The notes beneath the pieces are model-generated. The model saw nothing but the letters and a program-made list of their open reading frames with translations. It did not search any database and was not told where the DNA came from. From assembly GCA_039182445.1 (NCBI GenBank), contig JBCDCD010000001.1, positions 1-25,810 on the forward strand: 25,810 bases of DNA. Reading direction: 5' to 3'. The translations under genes and the position numbers were made by a program. This DNA is from Pseudomonadota bacterium. Lineage in GTDB: Bacteria > Pseudomonadota > Alphaproteobacteria > Micavibrionales > Micavibrionaceae. Of the stretch, positions 18,297 to 25,810 are shown one piece after another (the stretch's first letter is position 1; each line of letters begins with the position of its first letter).

Positions 18297-20989
18297 GCTG
18301 CCTCCTGCGCCGCAAAGACGGTTTTATGAATGTCTTTTTTATTAAATTTGAAGGTCATCAATGCCGAAGCGTGATAGCGCGTTAGGCCATAATCATGCTT
18401 GTATTCAGTCGGTAGATATTTGCGCTGCGCATTGGTGGCTGGTTGCGATATCCAGCGTTTGGATTTATGTGCGGTATCTGCGCTTTCGTGCTGGTTAATC
18501 CAATCATTGGCAGCAGCTAGGCAAATCAAACGCTCGCCCAACGCCAATAGATGTGTGACCAGATGTTTGCCGCCGCCAATGGCATACCAGCGCCCATCAA
18601 GGAAAAAGACACCGCCCCATGCGTTAAAGCCTTGTGCAACTAATGCTGCGCCATCATTAAAAATATCGCACCAAAGGAAGGATGATTTTTCAAAGATATC
18701 AATTTCAGTCATGGCAAAATCGCCAAAGTCGATATCTTCCTGATCATTAACGCCGGTATTGATTAACCATTCATATCCGCATAGCGAACATTCCCGCGCC
18801 GAAGCTGGAACAATAGCACCACATTCAGGGCAATCCTTTTTCGGTGCATCGCGTTTCGTTTCTTGAACGTCAAGGCTAACGTCTTGTTCCAGCGATCCGT
18901 GTAGAATGGTTGAAGTGCCAAAGTCCAAAACGATACAGTCCGTTTTGATAACGCCTGGGTATTCAGCCGGATCTACTGTACGCAATCCACGGCCAACCAT
19001 TTGTGTCATGGTTGATCTGAAAGACGATGGCCTTAACAAAATCACGCAAGATGTTGGTGTATAATCATAACCTTCCGTTAGAACGGCGACATTCACCACC
19101 ACCTGCGTATCACCATCTTCATATGATTTAAGCGCGTCTCTGCGTTCTTGCTTGCTAAGTTCACCATGAATGAGTGTGGCTTTAACGCCGCCATCAAGAA
19201 ATGCCTCATAAACAGATCTGGCGTGATTGACGGTAGAACAAAAGACAATGGTTTTACGATCACCGGCTTTTTCTTTCCAATGCTTGATCACGGAAGCTGT
19301 TACCGGCAGCTTGTTCATGATCTTATCGACTTCGCCCATATCAAAATCGCTGGCGACTTTCTTCACATTGCGGAGCTGGTCTTGAACGCCAACATCAACA
19401 ACAAAGGTGCGCGGCGGCACCAAATGACCGGCTTTGATAAGTTCTTCGAGCGTGATTTGATCGGAGATATTTGAAAATACTGGCCTTAAGCCTTTGCGAT
19501 CCCCGCGCATCGGTGTAGCTGTAACGCCAAAGATTTTGCATTCTTCATTTCGTGCGAGAACGGATTTAATGATTTTCTGATAACTGCCTGCTATTGCATG
19601 ATGGGCTTCATCAATCACCAGCATGTCTAGCATTGGCATACGCGCGAGATTTTCAGGCCGTGCTAAAGTGGGAACCATCGCAAAGGTGGTGCGCCCATCC
19701 CATGACTTCTGCGCAGCATCATAAATTGATGTGCTAATAGTTGGGTTTACACGACTGAATTTAATAGAGTTTTGTGATGTAAGTTCGTCACGATGGGCTA
19801 AAACACATGCGCGTTTATCGTTGGCTTTAAGGGAATCGCCTACAACGGCAGACAGCATAATGGTTTTGCCGGAATTATGCGTGACGGTGAAATCACCTAA
19901 GAGATAAAGATTGTCACCATTAACGGTGAACCCAAAATATTCACCATATCCTGCTTCATGAACGGTAAAGCCGGTGCGCAACACATTCTTTTTTTGTTTG
20001 CGTGTGCCTGGTATGCGCCGGGCCACACGTAATGGAATTTCTGAGAAATCGCCGCAGATAAAAAACCGGTAATAAGTTTTGCCTTTAACGATCTTTGGTT
20101 TTGGTAATGCCTGAAATCCAAGGCTTCGCGCAATAAAGGCAACATCATCTGCCAGATCCTTTGACGCGGTAGAAAATTCAATATTATTATTATGTAGATA
20201 TCCATCTGTATCGAGCAAACCCGCTAAAATTGCCGCCCGTGCTTTATTTGAAGCGATTTTATAAATATGAGGAATATGCTTATCGGCTGCACCTCTGCCA
20301 TACACATCGATAGAACGTAAGATATCGGATAGCGGGTTTCTTACCGCACCATCTTTCACAAAGTGATAAGTGTTTGCTTCATTGCCTGGGATTTGTTCAA
20401 TGCGTAACCGCAGGCCGATACGTTCAGCTAGATCATGACAGGCTTCGATAATCTCCGGATCAGCCGTAGTAAGATTGGGTGGGCTGGTTTTTAAACCACC
20501 GTCTCCCAGCAATATTCCCAAGAAATATGGGTCGAGGGGTAAACGCTTTCCTCCACCAAAATCGATCCTTGCCCGATAAAGCTTATGTTGATGCTTGAAT
20601 GTAGGACTTTGCGATAAGTAATTTTCAACACTAATATTTTCGATGGTGTCTTGGTCTTTTTCGTCATCTTCAAGTTTCCGTGTGGTGCGGACAAGCGAGA
20701 GAATATGACCGCGATTAACAATGAATGGCTCGCCCTTGATAGGTTTGATTTCAAACATGTCATCAACGCCGTGATGAAGTTCTAAAACCTTTCTAGGCTT
20801 GCTATCTTTACCCATAAGCAAATCGCCCACGCGCACATCTTCAACGTTCTTGATCGTGCCATCGAACATAAGAATGGGTGTGCCGGCAGCGTGGCATCCG
20901 GTAGGTGCAACGCCCAAGGCATTTCCATGTTCATCTAAGGCTTCAAGACTGCGCTCAACGAAGATTTTTTGACGTGGGCGTAATAACAT
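18293..20989 (-). CDS. SF2 DEAD/DEAH-box helicase interrupted by an intein (557 aa after splicing)
   Basis: Walker A APTG|SGKT split by the intein. DEAHH, TATP.RGD, LTEGYD, QMVGRGLR, C-terminal CPEC...CSLC zinc finger. Confidence 0.93.
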   Translation of the reverse strand: MLLRPRQKIFVERSLEALDEHGNALGVAPTGCHAAGTPILMFDGTIKNVEDVRVGDLLMGKDSKPRKVLELHHGVDDMFEIKPIKGEPFIVNRGHILSLVRTTRKLEDDEKDQDTIENISVENYLSQSPTFKHQHKLYRARIDFGGGKRLPLDPYFLGILLGDGGLKTSPPNLTTADPEIIEACHDLAERIGLRLRIEQIPGNEANTYHFVKDGAVRNPLSDILRSIDVYGRGAADKHIPHIYKIASNKARAAILAGLLDTDGYLHNNNIEFSTASKDLADDVAFIARSLGFQALPKPKIVKGKTYYRFFICGDFSEIPLRVARRIPGTRKQKKNVLRTGFTVHEAGYGEYFGFTVNGDNLYLLGDFTVTHNSGKTIMLSAVVGDSLKANDKRACVLAHRDELTSQNSIKFSRVNPTISTSIYDAAQKSWDGRTTFAMVPTLARPENLARMPMLDMLVIDEAHHAIAGSYQKIIKSVLARNEECKIFGVTATPMRGDRKGLRPVFSNISDQITLEELIKAGHLVPPRTFVVDVGVQDQLRNVKKVASDFDMGEVDKIMNKLPVTASVIKHWKEKAGDRKTIVFCSTVNHARSVYEAFLDGGVKATLIHGELSKQERRDALKSYEDGDTQVVVNVAVLTEGYDYTPTSCVILLRPSSFRSTMTQMVGRGLRTVDPAEYPGVIKTDCIVLDFGTSTILHGSLEQDVSLDVQETKRDAPKKDCPECGAIVPASARECSLCGYEWLINTGVNDQEDIDFGDFAMTEIDIFEKSSFLWCDIFNDGAALVAQGFNAWGGVFFLDGRWYAIGGGKHLVTHLLALGERLICLAAANDWINQHESADTAHKSKRWISQPATNAQRKYLPTEYKHDYGLTRYHASALMTFKFNKKDIHKTVFAAQEAA
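19874..20896 (-). mobile_element. Intein with LAGLIDADG homing endonuclease (341 aa, Cys32-Asn372)
   Basis: Block A CHAAGTPILMFDG, block B VNRGH, LAGLIDADG motifs LGILLGDG and LAGLLDTDG, terminal THN, +1 Ser. Confidence 0.95.
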
Positions 20990-21001
20990 CTGCTTTCCCT
21001 G

Positions 21002-21625
21002 TTACTGCGCCCATGACGGCTTACCATTTGATGGTGCTGCCGCTTGGTCTTGTTGAGTTTGTTGTGCTGGGGCTTGGTTTTGGGCGGCTGGTGCTGGTGC
21101 AGTAGTAGATTGTGCAGGCACAGCTTGCCCCATGATGGCAGCGTATTCTTTGTGATCTGGTGTGATCGCAACGCGAATTTCATTTTTATCTTCACCGTTT
21201 TGATCATCGGTGATGCCAACCTTGGCGATAAACTCAATACCATCAAGATCAGCAAAACCTTGGATACGCCGTGCTTCTTGCGCCTGTGGGGATTCATCTT
21301 TGCCCTTAATGCCACGCGCAGAATTAAGAATGCCGCGCACAAAAGAACGTCCCATATTCGCCCATTCAGGGCCATTAGGTGAGTAAAGACCTATAAGCGT
21401 CCAGATTTTACGCTTGGCATATTTGCCTTCCAGCACCACAAATTCACAGTTCAGATAAACAGAACCTTTCGTGTCATTGCGGGTGGCATAACCGCCAGTC
21501 CATCCTTGTTGCTGATCATCATATCCGCCTGGCTTGATGGTCATGCGTACTTTGACCATTGTACCTTTCGGAATAACGTCAAATTCACTTTGCTCTTCGG
21601 CAGAATTAAAATCGCTCCAACTCAT
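21002..21625 (-). CDS. Phage protein, putative single-stranded DNA-binding protein
   Basis: AAGGAG RBS. Beta-rich core (VYLNCEFVVLEGKYAKRKIW), Gln/Ala/Pro-rich tail ending in PSWAQ, position between the AAA_24 ATPase and the helicase. The SSB role is inferred. Confidence 0.65.
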   Translation of the reverse strand: MSWSDFNSAEEQSEFDVIPKGTMVKVRMTIKPGGYDDQQQGWTGGYATRNDTKGSVYLNCEFVVLEGKYAKRKIWTLIGLYSPNGPEWANMGRSFVRGILNSARGIKGKDESPQAQEARRIQGFADLDGIEFIAKVGITDDQNGEDKNEIRVAITPDHKEYAAIMGQAVPAQSTTAPAPAAQNQAPAQQTQQDQAAAPSNGKPSWAQ

Positions 21626-22554
21626 TGGTTTTCTCCTTCTTTGGTTTCGGGTTGTTCATTGGTTTCAGGGGGTGTTTCTGATGGCGAAGTATCCGCAGGC
21701 GCATCTTCGTCTTCATCCGGACGCGGATCTTCATAGACAAGGCGTTCAGAAGCCGGTTTGACTTCGCCTTTGATCTTTTCCATTAATTCGCCAAGATGGG
21801 GTTTTTCCAGAAGCTCCAAGCGGCCTGAACGGTCTTTAGCGTCAAAGCCGTAAGGGTTAATATGATGATTGACGAATGCTCGGTAGCTAGAGCCATCAGT
21901 CGCTTGGATTTCTGCCATTGTGATGACTTGATCAAATATGCCTGGAAGCTCATTTCCAGTTTTTGATCCCTCGATCTGGGGAGAGAAAACCTTACGGTTA
22001 AAGTCATCTAATTTTTCATCGAGAATGCCGACGAACCAGATATTCTTATCGCGGGTATGTTGCAGGTGGGTGAGCCATGCGATCATTTCTTGACCGTGTA
22101 AGCCGTAAGCCCCGCGAGTATCTTCTTTGCCTTGCTGATTGAATGCCGCAGGCTGGCCTTTACACCATTGAAAACAAAGCCTGCCGGCAACGGTGATACT
22201 GTCTATAAAAATGGTATCGTATTTATCCAGCGCAGATGGATCACCGTACTTTTCACATACTGCGTCATAATGCGCCTGGCTGTATGATTGATTTTCACGA
22301 AGAGAAGGATTTGCGCCCCCGATAAACACGGCGAAGTCTCTACACTCCTGCCATGTTTTCGGGCGCAGCGCATCACCCTCCCAGCCTTGGACAGCTAAAT
22401 CCCCAGCTTCTAAATCAAAGAATAAGGTTTTCTGTGCGTTTAGTGTCCAAAGGAGAGACGTTTTACCAATGCCACTTTTCCCAAAGATGACACCTTTTAT
22501 GCCGCGCTTTTCTTTTAAGCGTTCATCGGCTGTAATGATTGGAAATCCTGACAT
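21622..22554 (-). CDS. AAA_24 family ATPase (Sak4-like recombination protein)
   Basis: GKSGIGKTS Walker A, DLEAG, FIDSIT Walker B, LPGIFDQV, AKDRSGRL. Confidence 0.85.
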   Translation of the reverse strand: MSGFPIITADERLKEKRGIKGVIFGKSGIGKTSLLWTLNAQKTLFFDLEAGDLAVQGWEGDALRPKTWQECRDFAVFIGGANPSLRENQSYSQAHYDAVCEKYGDPSALDKYDTIFIDSITVAGRLCFQWCKGQPAAFNQQGKEDTRGAYGLHGQEMIAWLTHLQHTRDKNIWFVGILDEKLDDFNRKVFSPQIEGSKTGNELPGIFDQVITMAEIQATDGSSYRAFVNHHINPYGFDAKDRSGRLELLEKPHLGELMEKIKGEVKPASERLVYEDPRPDEDEDAPADTSPSETPPETNEQPETKEGENQ

Positions 22555-23031
22555 TTACGCGTCCTCCGTTTTTGGAGTAAGCGTGTAAGTCGGCTTACCA
22601 TGTTTAATGGTTCTGGCTGGCTCAAAGACTTTACGAATAAAGCTAGGCCATGATTTGAATTTATGTTCGGAAATCTTATAGGTGACATCGACATATTCAG
22701 CCGGATCATCGCCCTGACTTTTTATTTTATCGATAATTTCAGAAAGCTTTTTCTTGTCCCAATCAGTCTTTTTGGTGATGTCTTGCGCGATCTCATAATC
22801 GCCATCATCAATGCGCATAACGCCGGTTTCTTTTTCTTGGGCGGTACGGTTATGATTAAATGCATCTTGATATTTAAAATTAACGATCCCCTGCAAACGC
22901 TCTTGAATGAGCTTGTAGTGATCAACTTTGATTTTCGCTTCCGCGATCAAGGCCGCGAGTAATTGCGGCTGCATATTTGCTAAATCGCCTTGGGGCGTGT
23001 TCAGCAGGTTTTCTAATGTGATTTCCGGCAT
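22555..23031 (-). CDS. Conserved prophage hypothetical protein (158 aa)
   Basis: GAGG RBS; its stop abuts the next ATG. KK.DWD..KL, YK.SE..F..WP and GKPTY pattern typical of phage recombination modules. Confidence 0.75.
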   Translation of the reverse strand: MPEITLENLLNTPQGDLANMQPQLLAALIAEAKIKVDHYKLIQERLQGIVNFKYQDAFNHNRTAQEKETGVMRIDDGDYEIAQDITKKTDWDKKKLSEIIDKIKSQGDDPAEYVDVTYKISEHKFKSWPSFIRKVFEPARTIKHGKPTYTLTPKTEDA

Positions 23032-23083
23032 GTTGTCCTCGTCTAGTTTTGGTTGACGTGAACATCATCGTTTGCGTTCGGGG

Positions 23084-23225
23084 GGGATGTCGTTGGGCTT
23101 GGTGTGGCCTTGGTGACGGATAACCGTGGGATGGGTGTGGCTATTTAAAACATATGAATGTGTGCCAAAATGAAAAACCACGCATATAGCGTGGCCTTAA
23201 AGTGGGATATTGAGGGGATGGGTGT
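23084..23225. repeat. GGGATGGGTGT direct repeats and a dyad in the early-operon control region
   Basis: Exact 11-mers at 23128-23138 and 23215-23225, partial copies at 23084 and 23204. CCACGC-N5-GCGTGG at 23178-23194. Confidence 0.65.
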
Positions 23226-23250
23226 TGGATAAGGTTGGCTTAAAGCAAGT

Positions 23251-23982
23251 TTATTTCGCTACGTGAACATGCTCGTTATCTTCGTAGTATAATGGCAAGT
23301 TCAATCTGTAAGAGCCGCGCTGATTAGAAACAATCAAATGATTCCATATCTCTTTTTTCTTAAAAATATCGCGCATACGGCTAGAGCGTGAGTTTGTACC
23401 GGCAATTAACGTTTTACCATGCACCCAAGGATTACGGCTTAAAGCAGCATCATGGAGCTGAGAAACGATCCTTGCTTGAACATCGCCAAAATGAAATTCA
23501 TGTTCATCTAAAATCACATGGCGATAGTCGTTTGATGCTTCAAATTGCGGATGATCTTCATTTCCTTTTTTAATATTTTGGAGTTCTTTGATATCAAATT
23601 TGCTTTCAAAATGCTCTTTATGCTCTTTGAGAATGATTAGATCATTTATGCGCACTGCTATATCCGGCTGTGGTGGCTCATAAGCAAGGCGCAAAATGTT
23701 TTCATGTTCATCAATAGATCTAAAGATCCTTAGTTGGGTGCAGCCCTGGCTAAAGATGGTATGACAATCCTGCTGGCGGAGACTTACAAAACCCTCTACA
23801 TGTTCATGGCGTTCATATTGAAAGCGAGTTTCTTTGTATTTCCCTATTTCCATCCACCGTAAAGGAAGCCATATAGATGCCCTTAAAAGGCCATTTTCTA
23901 TGGCATAGTATAAATCTTCTTGCGTTATTCCCCAATTTCGCTTTATATCTTGGAGACGCAAATATTTCTTTTCAAAAAGCAT
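23251..23982 (-). CDS. Putative DNA-binding regulator with C-terminal winged helix
   Basis: GAGGT RBS before ATG 23982. N-terminal KYLRLQDIKRNWG and C-terminal FGDVQARIV..LH, W..GK, RMRDIFK, SNQRGSYRL. Confidence 0.7.
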   Translation of the reverse strand: MLFEKKYLRLQDIKRNWGITQEDLYYAIENGLLRASIWLPLRWMEIGKYKETRFQYERHEHVEGFVSLRQQDCHTIFSQGCTQLRIFRSIDEHENILRLAYEPPQPDIAVRINDLIILKEHKEHFESKFDIKELQNIKKGNEDHPQFEASNDYRHVILDEHEFHFGDVQARIVSQLHDAALSRNPWVHGKTLIAGTNSRSSRMRDIFKKKEIWNHLIVSNQRGSYRLNLPLYYEDNEHVHVAK

Positions 23983-24084
23983 TTGCTTACCTCTCACGCG
24001 GTATTTTTTGTTTGATTATATCCACACGGAACAAACGAAAAATAGAAAAAATCAACCTAAACTTGTAGCAAAACAATTTTCACA

Positions 24085-24106
24085 ACCCATAAAAATATTT
24101 ATGGGT
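24085..24106. promoter_or_regulatory. Perfect 9 bp inverted repeat (operator or terminator)
   Basis: ACCCATAAA-AATA-TTTATGGGT between the lysR 3' end and the regulator start. Confidence 0.45.
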
Positions 24107-24151
24107 CAGAAGAATGTAGGGCTGGTTATGCTCTTATTTTCCAGGCAAAAA

Positions 24152-25036
24152 CTAAGAATATAAGGAGTCTAAAATTGCATCACGTACAAAAATATTTTTT
24201 GGCTTTTGCATAGAAAGCTTGTTCCATGCCAAATACAATCGCATGTTAATTAGGTCTTTATCAGTATTGGCAACGAATATTTCCCCACTTTTTATTTTAT
24301 CTTCAACGAATGATCTTGGAACAATAGAAAATCCTGATTTGCTTAAGAGCATATCCTTAATCATCCTGAAGCTGCTTGTAGTGGTGAAAACTCTTAAGTC
24401 GCTCCGAGATATAGGCAAGCCTGCGATAAATTGTTTTATGCAAGGAAACTCTGGCGCATAAGCGATATATGGAAGATCTAATAGATAATCTAACTTAGCA
24501 CCAGCCTTGATAAAATCAGTATGTGCAACCATTACAAGCTGATCGGCTATCAACTCTTTAAAGTCGATCATGCTGGCATTTATAGGCATCGGTAAAATAG
24601 CCATGTCCAAAGTTTGCTCTTCCAACATTTCAATCCACTGATCAGGACTGTCATATTGAATTATGAAGCGAATGTTTTCAGGCATTAACGCTGATATGGT
24701 ATGAGTAACATGCGTTTCTACAAACTCTGTCAGTCCGCCAATATGAACAGTGCCTTGTGCTTTTTTTGGATGGCCTCGTGTGGAAATATATATTTCTTCA
24801 ATACGATCAATATGAGGTGATAACTCCCTAGCTAAATCGTTTGCTGCTTTAGTAGGCTTATAGCGTTTCCCTAAACTTTGATCTTTGCGAAACAATGTTT
24901 TGCCAAGCTGTTGTTCGAGAGAGGATATATGATTTGAAATAGTTGGCTGTGACATATTGAGAACGTTTGCAGCATTGCCATACGAGCCAGCGCGATAGAC
25001 ATTCATGAAAGTTCTTAGATATAAAAAATACGCCAT
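24152..25036 (-). CDS. LysR-family transcriptional regulator
   Basis: N-terminal HTH (LRTF..V...GSY..AA..L..SQPTIS..I..LE..LG..LF) and substrate-binding domain. 294 aa. Confidence 0.93.
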   Translation of the reverse strand: MAYFLYLRTFMNVYRAGSYGNAANVLNMSQPTISNHISSLEQQLGKTLFRKDQSLGKRYKPTKAANDLARELSPHIDRIEEIYISTRGHPKKAQGTVHIGGLTEFVETHVTHTISALMPENIRFIIQYDSPDQWIEMLEEQTLDMAILPMPINASMIDFKELIADQLVMVAHTDFIKAGAKLDYLLDLPYIAYAPEFPCIKQFIAGLPISRSDLRVFTTTSSFRMIKDMLLSKSGFSIVPRSFVEDKIKSGEIFVANTDKDLINMRLYLAWNKLSMQKPKNIFVRDAILDSLYS

Positions 25037-25127
25037 TTATTAGTTTTTTCCTCATTCAGATAATGGCGTTTTGCATCTGCAAAGATCATTAATTCCGTAC
25101 ATTCTTTTGTTTAAAAATTTGAAACTT

Positions 25128-25604
25128 CTAATCATTATCTCTTAATCCTTTGATTACGCCTTCAAACGCTCCAATCATATCGTTCAAATGTTTCGCTGCT
25201 TGTGTTGCTTCTTGTGATCCATAGCCATTAGCAAGATCAACAACCGCTTCGCCCATGTTTCGGTACATTTCGCCAAGCTCCATAAAGACTTTAGGGGTGG
25301 CTTCAATAAGAATGGCTCGCCGGTCTTCTGGGTGAGATTTGCGCTGAATTAAGCCTTTCTTTTCCAGGCGATCCAGTAAGGCCGTGACGCTACCACTGGT
25401 AAGATCAAGTTTTTCAGCAATGTCTTTTGGCAGAATTGCGCCATGCTCAAGCAGATTGAGGCAGCGTAAATCATTGCGAGAAATACCAACCTTGTCACAG
25501 ATTGTCGCGTCTAGCTGATCAACAACAGCATGTAGAGCACGGCACGCCTTTACGAGGCCGTATTCATCTTGCGGGGGTGGTTTCATATGTTTGTTTTTAG
25601 CCAT
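25128..25604 (-). CDS. MarR-family transcriptional regulator
   Basis: DIAEKLDLTSGSVTALLDRLEKKGLIQR..HPEDRRAILI winged helix. Confidence 0.93.
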   Translation of the reverse strand: MAKNKHMKPPPQDEYGLVKACRALHAVVDQLDATICDKVGISRNDLRCLNLLEHGAILPKDIAEKLDLTSGSVTALLDRLEKKGLIQRKSHPEDRRAILIEATPKVFMELGEMYRNMGEAVVDLANGYGSQEATQAAKHLNDMIGAFEGVIKGLRDND

Positions 25605-25633
25605 AGGAAATATAATACATCATATTTAGTATG

Positions 25634-25664
25634 CTTGACAAGTATCTTGTTAATCAAGTAATAT
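25634..25664 (+). promoter_or_regulatory. Divergent promoter with candidate MarR operator dyads
   Basis: TTGACA at 25635-25640 and TAATAT at 25659-25664. Overlapping dyads CTTG-A-CAAG and CTTG-TTAAT-CAAG. Confidence 0.5.
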
Positions 25665-25693
25665 AGAAGGAGATAAAAATCAAGGAGAGAAAT

Positions 25694-25810
25694 ATGCTTT
25701 TTACAGGAATTGCTATCGGATTGTTTGTAGGGCTGGTCATTGTTGCCATTTCAGTGCCGCGCTAAGTTGAATATGCGGAAATCATCGATATCAAGGGTAC
25801 ACCAGAGAAA
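25694..25810 (+). pseudogene. 5' end of a membrane-anchored SRPBCC-like gene with in-frame TAA at codon 24
   Basis: AAGGAG RBS, then MLFTGIAIGLFVGLVIVAISVPR-stop-VEYAEIIDIKGTPEK. The frame stays open after the stop and reads like an SRPBCC N-terminus. Confidence 0.55.

Overview
Window from an alphaproteobacterial chromosome (inferred from the tolC-popZ-valS block and the L31 type). 1-9432 is host backbone: class I fructose-bisphosphate aldolase (5' truncated), a degenerate asparaginase-like gene, a membrane-anchored EndoU-like nuclease, a small His/Cys-rich exported protein, epmA, rpmE, valS, popZ, a TolC-family gene, tRNA-Cys(GCA) and tRNA-Asn(GTT). From tRNA-Asn rightwards lies an integrated, minus-strand, phage-derived element. 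It has an apparently intact replication/recombination module: wHTH regulator, AAA_24 ATPase, SSB-like protein, intein-containing SF2 helicase, Cas4-like nuclease, TOPRIM/AAA_25 primase-helicase, an iteron-like repeat cluster, RuvC-like resolvase and a DUF6362-like regulator. No terminase, capsid or tail genes lie between that module and the integrase. The most unusual part is the integration cassette (9391-11600): a sigma70-like promoter, then a P4 CI / P1 C4-type antisense RNA-like cloverleaf with complementary targets upstream and at the next start codon, then a catalytically dead copy of a serine recombinase catalytic domain, translationally coupled to a large serine recombinase whose last 13 codons and stop are the antisense of the tRNA-Asn 3' half. 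LysR and MarR regulators and a nonsense-interrupted SRPBCC-like gene close the window. The far boundary of the element was not found. All family assignments come from motif recognition by eye, not database searches.
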